A stretch of 64,000 nt of DNA from the human T2T-CHM13v2.0 reference genome, Homo sapiens. Shown here piece by piece: positions 51,736 through 64,000 of this stretch; position 1 is the stretch's first letter; every line of letters begins with the position of its first letter. The notes under the pieces were generated by a model, which searched no databases, had not been told where the DNA came from, and saw only the letters and a list, made by a program, of their open reading frames with translations. The stretch lies in assembly GCF_009914755.1 (NCBI RefSeq), contig NC_060925.1, one strand, 5' to 3'. Both the position numbers and the translations under genes were made by a program.

Positions 51736-54700
51736 TAAACCATTTAATTTCTCCATTTCTCTAAATGGGAAAAAAAATTTGTTTTTGTTTCTTTTTTACT
51801 CAGAACACCAAGCCCATTCAGCCACCTCAAAAGAGGTTATAGCCAGGGCGCCCCTCTTAGAAGAAAAGACATTTTTTTTTTTTCCTTAAGATTGGTGCAT
51901 GGAAGCTTAGAGCCTCATTTCACCACCTCTCCTGATTTGATATAGATTTATGAGAAATGAATATAGGGAAAATACCGGCTGTAGACTTGACAACTGTTAA
52001 CTTGGTGAACAGCATGTTCTTGTTTATGTTAACTGTGTACTTTGACTGTTCAAGATCCCCATTACTTTTCACTTGTCATGCCACATCATTGCTGCAAGTT
52101 AGCCTCCTTAGATAAGATACATGGCAGTTAGCTATCTTCACCTGATGGGGAGGAATAGGGTAGAGAAAAGAATGTGACCAGCTGTTGTCAGCTTCTCCGT
52201 GGAAGTGGTAACCATGTCAGAGCCAGGCCCTGGAGACCTGGCTTGGAAAAGAATGAAGTTTTCCTACTAGGAACTTCTGTAGAGCCCTAGACCTTTCCAT
52301 CTTAGTGCCGAGTTAAATGAGTCACGTAGCCTTCAGGTAAAGTCATTTCCAAGGGATTGTGAGAATGTGCCCAGGTTGGTTTGGACTGTGTCACACTTAC
52401 TTGTACTGGCTTATCTTTGCTACTAATTTTTTTGTGTGTGTTATTGTTCTTCTAACTATTGTTGATGATTTGAGTGATGCGAAAGATTTTGATGATGGTA
52501 ACTTTCTATAAGAGATGTAGAAGCAAGAGGCCCAGAGAATTGATCTTGCCCTTCATCTGACACATTGTGACCAGTTTGTTGAACATGATAAGGCCTGGAA
52601 TTGTCACTTCGAATGTCTTCTTAATCTGGGAAATTTGAAGAGGTCTGCAGCAGGGAGGCTGGTCAGGGAAGTAACTTTGCAAAATAAAATCTTCATACTG
52701 ATGCAATCCCAGAGAACTTGCCTTTGGGTTTGTGATTGCAAAGTGTTGAATCAGTCTTTGGTGTGGATACAGAATATTTGAAGCTAGTTGAAGTGTAGGG
52801 GTGTTGGGACAGGAGAAATGATGAGATGAAGTCTTATCAGAGGCTGAAGGTCACCGGATATTTTCCTAGTAAAGGTTCCTTTGATGTGGAATTTATCCGT
52901 TTAGCCCACCTAATTGGAGTTATCTGGTTTCTGTCCCTGAAGATTCTGCTGTTGGCCCTGGACTACTTAATTCTGTTTGCTCACCAAATCGGTGACATAA
53001 GTTACAAGTTATGAGATTTAATGTTTAGAGTATGGTTTTGGATTATAGGTTCCTTGCATTCTTAAGTTAGCAGAAGGAAACCAAGAGAAGCAGCATGGTA
53101 CAAACAAAACCCCAAACAAGTGCTAATGTCAGAGAGACCTGGGTTCAAATCCTAGCTATGCCACATATAAGTTTTATCATGAGAGTAAATTGCGTAATCT
53201 CCCAGAACCTCAGTGTTCTTGTTGCTAAATGTGCACAAAATAACTGGCTATCTTATAGAGACGTTGTGAAGTTAGAGTGAGTGAAGGTGACATGCCTAGT
53301 AAGGACCTGGCACGTAGAAGCACACAATCAGCTTTAACTGTTTCTGTTATTAGCAGTGGACTTAGCACTGTATAAATCTGTCCCTCCATGCTTCCCACTT
53401 GCCCATTTGTCAAATGGACTTGACATTCCTTACTCAGTGGTTGACAGGGAGCCAAGTGAGATATCTGAGCTGTTGAGGATGGATGTGTATCTCAAGATCC
53501 TGGCATTCAGACTGGGGCTCTACAAGTCACACTATATTTGCAAGTTGTAGCAGAACTATATTAAAAACATGCCCTGCCTGTTTCCCCTCGTTGGTCCTCC
53601 CATTCAGAGAGGGGCTTTCTAGCCTTGTGCTTTAAATAGTCCTCAGACGGTAATGTAGATAGTAGATGAACACAATTCTTGTGAATCCATTTGCCTTGTG
53701 CTTGGGAGTTCTATTCTTAGACCACAATCACCGGAATAGAAAGCCTCCGACCCCACATCCGAACTGAAGCCATGTGGGCCTGGCTAATGGATTTCTTTGG
53801 GAAGCTGGGACAAAGGACCGGGTCTGCTTCTGTCATTGACTAGGCCAGGTATGGAGCAGTCCATTAGAAACCAGTCTCCTCCCAATTGTCTGGAGTTTAT
53901 GAGCCTGGCTTACCTGGGATCATTTTCATGTTATGATCCTAATTAAAGTTCAGCCTGTTTACTCTGCTCCAGTCAAGGAGTTACAGGGGGAATCAAGGCA
54001 GATAAGATGTTTATGGGTGAACCCTGTTTCATTTTCCTCGGATCCACAATTAAAGAATTAACAGCACTTGTTATTTATTGAGCAGAACCGTGGGCGGGAG
54101 GAGGGCTTTAGTGCTTGTTTTGCTGCTTCTGTGAGCCCAGGGCTGCGCCAGCAGCATTTCACTTTTAATCCTTAGTATTGTTAGGCCTATACTTCCACCT
54201 ATAGAGGTGGCAATTGAGGATCTTGACTTGCCCAGGGGTTCATGATCACGAACCTTCTACTACTTCATACCTTGAACACCATCTCTTCTAATAGATGGGC
54301 AACAATATGGTCATTTCTGTGAAGATACTGGTGACTTAAAAGCATTACTAAATGTTTATTAAACACTTGAATATAGTAATTATATATGTGAGAATGGATT
54401 CACATCTAGGGCTCCTGACAGTATCTGTCAAGATGCTGGCCCCAAACCCTGAGTTTGTCATGTTATGTGGGCATATTTGGTTGCCCAACTCTGAAGCCAA
54501 ATGATGCCAGGGAGAGAGAGCCTCCATACTGTGGGGGTGTTTCTAAGAGCAGCCTGGTCCTTAATTATCCTACTAAAGACAGTGTCCTCTGTGATCTCAG
54601 ACTCATAACATCCCTGTTAAGATAGGAGGGGGCTGAAATCATTTGTTCTCCTTCACATTGAGGGGAGACTCAGGCACAGATGAGAGACAGAGGCAGAGAA

Positions 54701-55829
54701 GTTAAATAATTAGTCCAAGGTCACATCAAATGATTTCCAACTCAGCTGATGAATCTGTCTAGGTCTCGGTCTCCAAATATTGGAGCTTCCCTTACAATGT
54801 AATTTGATCTCAAACACTTTACGTGTCTTATTTTTCTTCCTCCTTTTTCTATTTTGGTAAATAAGATGTTTTTTACACCTACTGCCAGATTAATGTTGGG
54901 TTTTAATTTAGCCCTTCAAGATGATCAATGACTTAACCGAGGAAACTGCTGCCAGAATGTAGTTTATAATGTACCTTTTTTCCTATACTCGGTTTTCTGC
55001 TTCTGTATTTTGTACATTGTCAGTCTCTGTGGGTTAAGAACTTTGGGACTCTCAAGGGTCATCTTGACAGAGGAGCTTCTGCAGTTGGGAATTGTTACCT
55101 TTCTCAGAGCAGTGCTATTGGGAAAAAAAAATCTAAGCATTTTTGTTCTCAGCTTCACAGAGGAAGTGAAGCACATTCAAGGGTAGCCCATTGGCTTCTC
55201 GTATAGGAATAGTATAGATTTGGCTTATTTTATTCCTTGCTTATTATAATATTATTATTCATAAGCATACCTTTTCAGTTACCCTCATGATTTACTATCT
55301 GTAAGAGCATAAGCTTACTGTTTGTGTAATATTTGTCCCTGTATTTTAGATGGGAGTTGCTGAGGTGGTATAAGGTTTGGTAACTGCATCCGGCCTCTCA
55401 GGGAAATAACCAAGTTGTTCAGATTCTTAGCTGTATTATGTGAAGTTGTTTGTCAGCTTCATTGCTTACTACTGTGAAATAAGTTATAAAGAGGAACTTT
55501 TAATAAAAATAAATGGATTCACTCAGGGGAGGGGTATTCATTGTTGGTGAAATATGTCGAGGACCAGATGCTTTTTGGTCTCCCAAAGACCTATCAAACT
55601 GCAGATCTTTTGGCTTTGTAATATATTCAGTTCCACATTTATTCATTCAAGATTTTTGTGTCCTCATTATGTGCCAAGTACTGGGTTGGACACTAGGTGA
55701 CAGAGATGAACAAATCCCTAATCTTGGGATTTCACAGTGGATGTTGGAATTTAGTACCGTTTAGCTTCATTAGGTTCTGCAGTAGTCCCAAGATTTTCCA
55801 AGATCATCCTGTCCTCCAGTGTTCTATTG

Positions 55830-57025
55830 ATTCAACTTCAGAATATATCCCAGACTCTGTCCCTCTTTACTCCTCACTGCTGTTGCCCTGGGTCCATCTG
55901 CCATCATCTCTCACCTGGATTATCTCAGTAGTTTCCCAACTGGTTTCCTTGTTTCCATTCTTGCCTCCTTCTGTCTACTCTCAATATAACAGCTAGAACA
56001 ATCCTTTTACAATGGAATTCAGATCATGTTTACCCCTCTGTTCAAATTCTCCAGTGACTTTCCAGTTTTTACATGATCTGGCTCCTACTACCTGTCTCAC
56101 TGTGTTTCCTACTACTCTCCTGCCCTTTCTCCTCTTAATAAACACTGGGCTCATGGTGTTTCCTTTAACATGCCAGGCATGCTTGACCCTGTCCTGTCTC
56201 AGGGCCCTGCTGTTCCCTCTGCCTGGAACATTCTTCCCATAGTGTCTGCATGGCTCGCTCTCTCACTGCTTTGGATTGCTGCTCAAAAGTCACCTTATCA
56301 AAGGCCTTTCCCAAAGGTTTAAAAATCATTCTACTATAAAGACACATGCATACATATGTTTATTGCAGCACTATTCACAATAACAAAGACTTGGAACCAA
56401 CCCAAATGCCCATCAATGATAGACTGGATAAAGAAAATATGGCACGTAAGCACCATGGAATACTATGCAGCCATAAAAAAGAATGAGTTCATGTCCTTTG
56501 CAGGGACATGGATGAAGCTGGAAACCATTATTCTCAGCAAACTAACACAGGAACAGAAAACCAAACACCGCATGTTCTCACTCATAAGTGGGAGTTGAAC
56601 AATGAGAACATACGGGCACAGTGGGGGGAACATCACACACCAGGGCCTGTCGGGGGGTGAGAGGCAAGGGAAGTGATAGCATTAAGAGAAATACCTAATG
56701 TAGATTATGGGTTGATGGGGGCAGCAAACCACCATGGCACATGTGTACCTATGTAACAAACCTGCACATTCTGCACATATATCCCAGAACTTAAAGTATA
56801 ATTAAAGAAAAAGAAAAAGAAAAAAAAAGTCACCTTATCAAGACCCTCTAGGCTACTCTGCATAAAATATACCCCACTTCATATTTCCTATTTGATGTCT
56901 GACTCCCCCTCCTCCTTCACTAAAACGTAAGCTCCATAAGGGAAGGGATTTTGTCTGTTTTGTTCTGTTGTATCCCTAAATACCTAGAAGGTGCTCAGTA
57001 AATATTTGTTGGTTGAATGAATAAA
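55830..57025 (+). mobile_element. L2 element interrupted by L1PA
   Basis: ccatcatctctcacctggattat...ctgttccctctgcctggaac...aaatatttgttggttgaatgaat. Confidence 0.75.
56310..56828 (+). mobile_element. L1PA (PA7/8-like) 3' end, about 0.5 kb
   Basis: ORF 56356-56598 is the L1 ORF2 C-terminus; 3'UTR and poly(A); aaaagtcaccttatcaa repeated on both sides. Confidence 0.9.
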
Positions 57026-58712
57026 TCAGCCTATTATTTAATCAGTCAATGTCCTCTGTAAAAAGGACTTCTCATACCAGTGGCACATATCTGTATGATG
57101 GTCAGTGTAGGGAGGGACATGGTCAGAATGGCTCTGTCTGTGTGGGATAGTTTTTCTTAGTATAATCCCAGAAGACTCCTATTGGGGTTAAGCCACAGAT
57201 TTAGCGTTATTAGTACCACTCTTTAATCATAAAGTCAGAGGATGTTATGACTGGAAGGGATCTGGGGGACTGTTTGGTCCACTTTTCTCATTATTGATGT
57301 GAGAATAACAGAGCCTAGAGAAAGTAAGTGAATTACTCACAGTCATAAAGCTGTAGGGGTCAATCTGAAATTAGGCTTCTGACATACGATTCTGTAGTCT
57401 TTCCTGCATGTGTTCCCCCTGGCTGAGACAGTTTGTGGGCTTTCAGAGTTGACAATTTTCTCTCCAGTCTCTAAACAGGAGCTTTTATCTGGACATTCTA
57501 GGTTAGCATAGATGGACGATGACCCTGTAATGTGTGGAAAGTCCCAAAGGGTGAGCACTGTGAATGGGAACTACCCCAGATGTGTCAGGAGCACCACAGG
57601 CACGCTCACTCTTCCATTGGCAGGAGATGTGTAGGGTGGAAAGGAAACCAAAATCAAGACCCTTTGTTGCTCCAGTTCTTTTATTACATGTCACAGTCGA
57701 ATGTGTCTCCATTTAAATTCAGATTTTTTGATGAATGGCCAGACCAGCTGCAGGCCCTTTGGGCCAGAAGCCTTGATCTCGCCAACTGTTCATTTTCTTG
57801 ATGGGCTTCCTTATTTCAGGCATTTGTGTGTAGCTGGTCTATTGTGGAGTTGTCAGAGGGGTGTAGAGCCCCCTCTTTGGGACAGTCAGTCCTCCCTGTG
57901 CAGCATGTCCTGAAGCTGGCCTGCCTCCATCCTCTTTCTAAGTGTGTGAGGTCTTTTGTTAAACAGGGTAAAGTGAGGGAGGACTCCTAAAGAGAGAAAA
58001 ACTCCTCCAGCATTTGCTGGAACATGTTTGTGAACTGAGCAAGATGTAATTGGGATGGCATAAAAAAAAGACTTATATTTACTTAATTTCTTGCTGTCTG
58101 GTTTGTGATATATGGTGCCCCAAATTGAGGTTAGAAGGAGCTTTGATCATATGTCAAGGAGGTGTCATATTTAATTCTACTCCCTGTGGCCTCTCTTACA
58201 ATACCAGTCATGCATAAAGCCCGTGGTTTTGCTGCATCTAGTTTTACTGAAGCAAAGGCTCTGCACTTTCATAGTTTACACTGACATATTTCTAGTTTGC
58301 ATCTGAAGTGTACTCTGAGGATGCTGACTTCCAGATAGCCATTTTTGGGTTAAGGGAAGTTCAAGTCTCCTGAGTATAGTAGCTACACCACCTGGAGAGC
58401 TTCATTTTGGTTTGGTGACAAAATTTATTTTAGCTTAGTTTTCTTACATTAGGTGGGCAAAATAAGAAAGGCCAGAAAAGTTTAGGACAGTTTTCTGAGA
58501 CACTCAGCAAAACTATGAGGCCTAGAATTGAGAACTGGGTATTACCCTGTAGATGATGTCTTTTCAAGCTGGGCTAGTGGAGTTTCTGAGCAGCAGCTGC
58601 ATTCTCCTTGTACATCTTCAGGTTTTGTAGGATTACCTTTAGCCCTCTAAGTGATCAGATCCGCCTCACTGTCACTCATGGGAGCCCTTGATCTGGACAA
58701 CGTGGACCTTGA

Positions 58713-59096
<384 letters not shown>

Positions 59097-60419
59097 TAAT
59101 TGAAGAGGTAGAGAAGCAATCTCAAGGTCAGGACAACTTACCCTGAGGTTCTCACTTGTCAGGGATTGTGCTGGATTCTGACTTAGGTTCTGCCATCAAA
59201 CACAGAATGCCCTGATCCTTAGAGGCAGAGGCAGCTCTTTAGCCTATAGGGTAAATAACCGGGAATGGAATTCTCACCAATTCTTATCTTCTATGCTAAA
59301 AGTTTTACTTTAAGATTTAGGCCTGCTTTTTTCTTTCTCTCTGTCTCTCTCTCTCTTTTTTTTCCCCCAGTAACAGTTTAAAATTGGTGCCTTAGACGCA
59401 AGCAAAAAGATATTAGCACAGCTTTAGAAATAAGTGTGAGTCCGCATGTAATTTTTTAGTTTCTCCTCTCCCTTCGCTTTTTGCTTTCTTGGTAGTATGC
59501 TAATTGTATTCTTTTTCTGCATCTTTTTTCCCCATTCTTTGGCAGATATTATTACTTGTCTTGAAAGAGTAGGTGAAGAGCTGTTTTTAGGACTCTTTGA
59601 AAGGGTACAGTATGGATGACAGTCTTGGCTAAATGTAATCAGATCCAGGAAGCTGGAGTCAGTGTGAGCTGGAATCAGTTCAAATTAGCAAAGCACTGGC
59701 TCTCAGTGGCAGGAATACAAGTGACCACAAAGTGTTAAACACATCTGGAAAGGGATTCTGACATCATCCTGAGAATCTTTGGGGAATACATATAGCCTGT
59801 AGACCCATTCCTCTTTGACCCTATAAAGATTCTTTAAAGAGTAATACCCTGAGTGGTTTTCTGGCCAGCTTGCCTGCTCATTTATCTTTGAGGAGATGGA
59901 AGGAGACAATATGCCTCGTGGAGATCCACAGGCCCTAGAGGTGTATGGATTGAGCATTTGGAAGTGCTGAAGCTGAGAGACTGGGTCTCTTGGTGGACCC
60001 CAAGGGATCTGCTTTTCCTCTACTCATTGTCCCTACACAACTTTTCCTGGCAGCTGGCATTGCTGTTTAGATGGGTTGTTCTTTGCTGTTTAAGTTGTTT
60101 GGCAGTGGTGTGTCAGGATGCGGGTTTTCTGAATACTTTCCCAGCTGGTTACTTGAGTGGTGGTTAGGGAGGGGCTGTTCTGGGGCTGCTCTGGAGCTGT
60201 TGAGGTCGGGTGTCTGTCTGGATACTCACAGCTGGTCTGTCGAGGAGAACGCTGTTCTCATTCTGCTGCCTTTGGTGGTGCTGTGTGTGGCTCTTTAGAT
60301 GTGGGTGGAGATGAGTTGGGGGAGTTAATGAGATCTTTTTTTAGCTGCTTTTGATAAAGTAGTCTGTACTACAGGATTCATTGTGACTTTTTCCCTTAAC
60401 CTGTGCATACTTCTTTGCT

Positions 60420-60970
60420 AGCCTTTGTGAAAGAGAGTTCAGGCCCTCTTGCCCTCTTGCTCTTTCGCTCTCTCTTGCCCTTCTGCCTTCTGCCATGGGA
60501 TGATGCAGCAAGAAGACCCTCACCAGAGGCAGGTTCCTTGACCTTGGACTTCCTAGCCTCCAGAACTGTAAGAAATTCTTTTCTCTTTTCTTTTCTTATT
60601 TTCTTTCCTCCCTCCATCACTTCCTTCACTCTCTCTCTCTTTCTTTCTCTTTTCTTTCTTTCTTTTTTTTTTTTTTTTTTTGAGGCGGAGTCTCGCTCCG
60701 TCCCCCAGGCTGGAGTGCAGTGGCTAGATCTCGGCTCGCTGCAAGCTCCGCCTCCCGGGTTCACGCCATTCTCCATTCTCCATTCTCCAGCTTCAGCTCC
60801 CGAGTAGCTGGGACTACAGGCGCCCGCCACCAGGCCCGGCTAATTTTTTTTGTATTTTTAGCAGAGACGGGGTTTCACCGTGTTAACCAGGATGGTATCG
60901 ATCCTTTTTTTTTTGTTTTAAATTATGCAGTCTGTGGCATTCTGTTATAACAGCATGAAATAGACAAAGG
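60420..60970 (+). mobile_element. MaLR LTR (MST-like) interrupted by a truncated AluY (-, about 60660-60903)
   Basis: ccttggacttcctagcctccagaactgtaagaaa...ttctgttataacagca; AluY motif gcaagctccgcctcccgggttcacgcc. Confidence 0.8.
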
Positions 60971-63900
60971 CTCCATTTTCAAGAGCAAGCCCTTTTGTAG
61001 TTTCTGAGCTAATTATGACTGCAGAGGAAGTTCTATAGGTAGCCTCAGATCTACCACCTAGTAAATCTGCTACTAACCAGACCTAGAATCTAGGATTCTA
61101 GATCAAGTGCTGGGCAACATGATACCTCTGCAACTTGGCACCTCCCTATATCCCTCCAGTTGGTTTGGCCCATCAGGACTAATATTACCCCTCATATCCT
61201 AGTCTCTCTTGTAGGCAGAAGCCTTGCCTAAACCCTAAGCTGCTTAGCTCACATTCTGTCTTGCTTTTTCTGTTTTTTTTTTTTTTTTTTTTAGGAGGGG
61301 GTTCAAATATAAAATATACGGGAAAGAAATATAATGAACCTCCATGTACCCAACACCCGGATTAAACAGTTATCTCAATTTTGCCAGACTTGTTTCATCT
61401 ACTTCAATCTCCCTAAACATTTACATTTGTACAGGAAAAACTGGATAAATACCTAATTCTCCACCCTATCTCCCATTTTAAGTCATTTTTCAGAATAATG
61501 AGTTAGTGACTAGTAACCTCCACTGTAGTGACCAATAGTTTTTTTTCCTGAATATCGTAATGAGCTCATAGATTATTGTTTGCATTTGAGCCCATTGTAG
61601 TCACTATTAATTGTTTTAGATGCTCATATTGTCTCAGGTTAATAAGTATCTCTTCAAGTTGACTCCCATGGCCTTTTGACGTGATCCTGTTGGACTTGGA
61701 TGGCTTCCTTGCTTTCTGGCAAAAAAAAAAAAAAAAAGGTGTTCCAGGATCTATATCCTGCACCATACATGGAGTCAGCCATTTCTCTAGGGGGTCTTGA
61801 TTCCTTTTAGTAGAGAACACAGTTTGGGCTCTAGGACTGAATTACTTTTGTGAACCTCCTCTCCTGCGATTACAGCCTGCACCCCTGCTTATAGCCAGTA
61901 GAAGCTCTTGTTGGGCATCAACAGATCGAAAATCACCATGTAGTTCTGCCTCACTCTTACAAAGATTCATCTCTTGAGAATTTTGTGCTCTACCCCCGTT
62001 GTAGTCTTTATGGTTTTGAAACTTTTGCTTCAGTCACCCTGAATTTTGCCAGCCATAGACATGCCATACCTTGGATTGCCAAACTGCCCTCACTGGAGCC
62101 AATTTCTCTGGTTAGAATAGTTGTCCCAACTCATGCTTAATACTCTAGTAAGCAAGGTTCCACCTGGGCTCAGGTTAACTTTTCTCCTTTGGGCCCTGTG
62201 TTCTACCAGCATTCCATTTATCTGAAACCCTCCCTCACCTCATCAAGATCTTATCTGGTCTTTAATGATTTACTCTGCTGCTTCCTGGGTTCTAAAGAAC
62301 CCAGTTCAGGAGTTCCTCTTTCAGTTCGAGATCTTATTGGCCTGTCTCGTCAGGTTGGTGTCAGCCCAGCTAGGATTAAGCAGAATGGGGTTGGGGGTTG
62401 TAGTGCACTTTTGACACAGCGTGTACCTGGCTGACTACTTCTCTGTCTTTTTTTTCCTATTGCAATTCATGAGTCTCAGCATCTTCTGAATGGTGTTTAG
62501 TAGGTCATCATGTTGAGTTCCTGCTCTAGGGAGTAGCATACTCTGGCTCTGTATCATTGGCAAAGGGATTTAAGGTTAGATGATAGGCTGCAGTTTTGTT
62601 AAATGGAACAATATGAAGAGATGGCATTATAAAGAGGCTTGGCAGCAGGGCCCATTTGAATGGTTGGTTCTTGATTCCCATGTTGATATAGGCAGATCCT
62701 TGACAGGAATTTTGAATGGTCCCAAATGTGGTAAATCGCTGGTACATCAAGTCATCCTCAAAGTTGTCTGTGTAACTGTGTTGAATGCAGTTTTGTGAAT
62801 CTCTGGTGATTGTCTGTATAGGGCTTCATCATTTAGTTATTTTAGTTGAGCCTGTTTAACTTCTTCAAGAAGATAAGATATGTGAAAGAGATGCAGACAG
62901 TAGGGAAAAAGCTAGGAGCTTTGCTCCCCCATCCTCTACTTGGGTTCTGGAACTGGACTCATAGGTGAGTAGTGAGGAGCTGGGCTCAAGCGAATTAATC
63001 CCGGATCTAGCTGTGCTATGTGTTCGCTCCAGTCCTTGTGTCAAAGTTCACTTTGAGCCACTCAGAGTAGCGTGTAGAGTGGTCATTCAGGACTGTGCTA
63101 ACTTACACTTCATTGTATCAAATGGGAGATCCAGTAATTTATAGTCTATTATTTCTGGAGTCTGGAGATGACTCTGTATAAGCTTTGCTGAAGCAGATTT
63201 TATTACATTAGAAGAGAACCTACCTGGCTGCATCCAACACCAGAAGCTTTTAGATGCTAAGTAAGGAGGTCATAGTAAAGGTAACAGAATGACTCTGGAA
63301 CCCATTACCCCACCCAAGAAGGGGAGTAATGAATTCCGGGTTGCCCTCTTTTCATTTCCCTTTGATTTTGAGTAATAAATTCCCTTCTTACTTCCCAGCT
63401 GAACAATTTGGGAGTCTGTATTCCCTAGAAAGACTGTTCACATACCCATCAGACTAAATTAGGTGAAATCTCTTTGGCCTTAATGAATGTTGAAGGATTT
63501 TAAAGGGCTAATGGAAATTCTTCTAGAAGTAACAATTCCCATTCTATTGGTGAGGCAGTTCTAAAGAAAGTCCCTGAACCTCTTAGGTTATTTTGTACAG
63601 CAAAAGAACCAGCATTGGGTTTTCTTTGCTAATAGATGACAGGGAGAATGTAGACACTTGGAATCCATGGAGAATCCCTAAGTTGCATTTTAGCCTTCAT
63701 GTTATGTCTCCTTCCCTAACCTTTTTACCAGAGCTGATCACAGGAAACAGCATGATAGATTTGCATGACCTAGCTCCCTGCCTTCTCCTGCCATTCTTTT
63801 AGAAAGTGGTGAGTGGCTGCCTGCCAGGTAAAATCTGGGTGACAAAATCCAAAGTTAGATTCAGAGTTATAAGCATAGCCCCCACCCAAGTTGCTTCCAG

Positions 63901-64000
63901 AGAAAAGAAAGGAAGAGTGTTGTGTAAAATCTTGCTTCTTTGCCTTTAAATTGGGTACTTATTGAGTTACCACATTAGAATCGTGCATTGTGCTAGTTGT

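Noticed and set aside
56356-56598. Intact-looking 80-aa ORF
   Set aside because: C-terminus of L1 ORF2 in a 5'-truncated L1PA.

Overview
Human genomic DNA (Alu/L1/L2/MIR-rich, with a CpG island at about 9.6-13.0 kb) covering the head-to-head FAM72 / SRGAP2 gene pair of chromosome 1. The minus strand carries FAM72 coding exons 1-3 (9162-9011, 7022-6945, 3000-2876; exon 4 lies left of the window). The plus strand carries the SRGAP2 non-coding first exon (about 10678-10787), the exon with the start codon (12567-13175; CDS 13109-13175, MTSPAKFKKDKEIIAEYDTQVK) and then more than 50 kb of intron with no further recognisable SRGAP2 exon. FAM72 here encodes V82 and R99 rather than the G82/G99 I recall for FAM72A. 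That points to a human-specific duplicate, most likely FAM72C / SRGAP2D; this rests on recalled paralog sequences and needs alignment. The most striking unexplained structure is a chain of three uORFs in the SRGAP2 5' leader joined by TGATG and TAATG stop-start overlaps. Other leads: a one-directional NF-Y (CCAAT) array with a CHR motif in the shared promoter, an exon-3 read-through FAM72 isoform that puts Trp at position 125, and a candidate alternative FAM72 first exon inside SRGAP2 intron 1. Repeat boundaries and subfamily calls are by eye and approximate.
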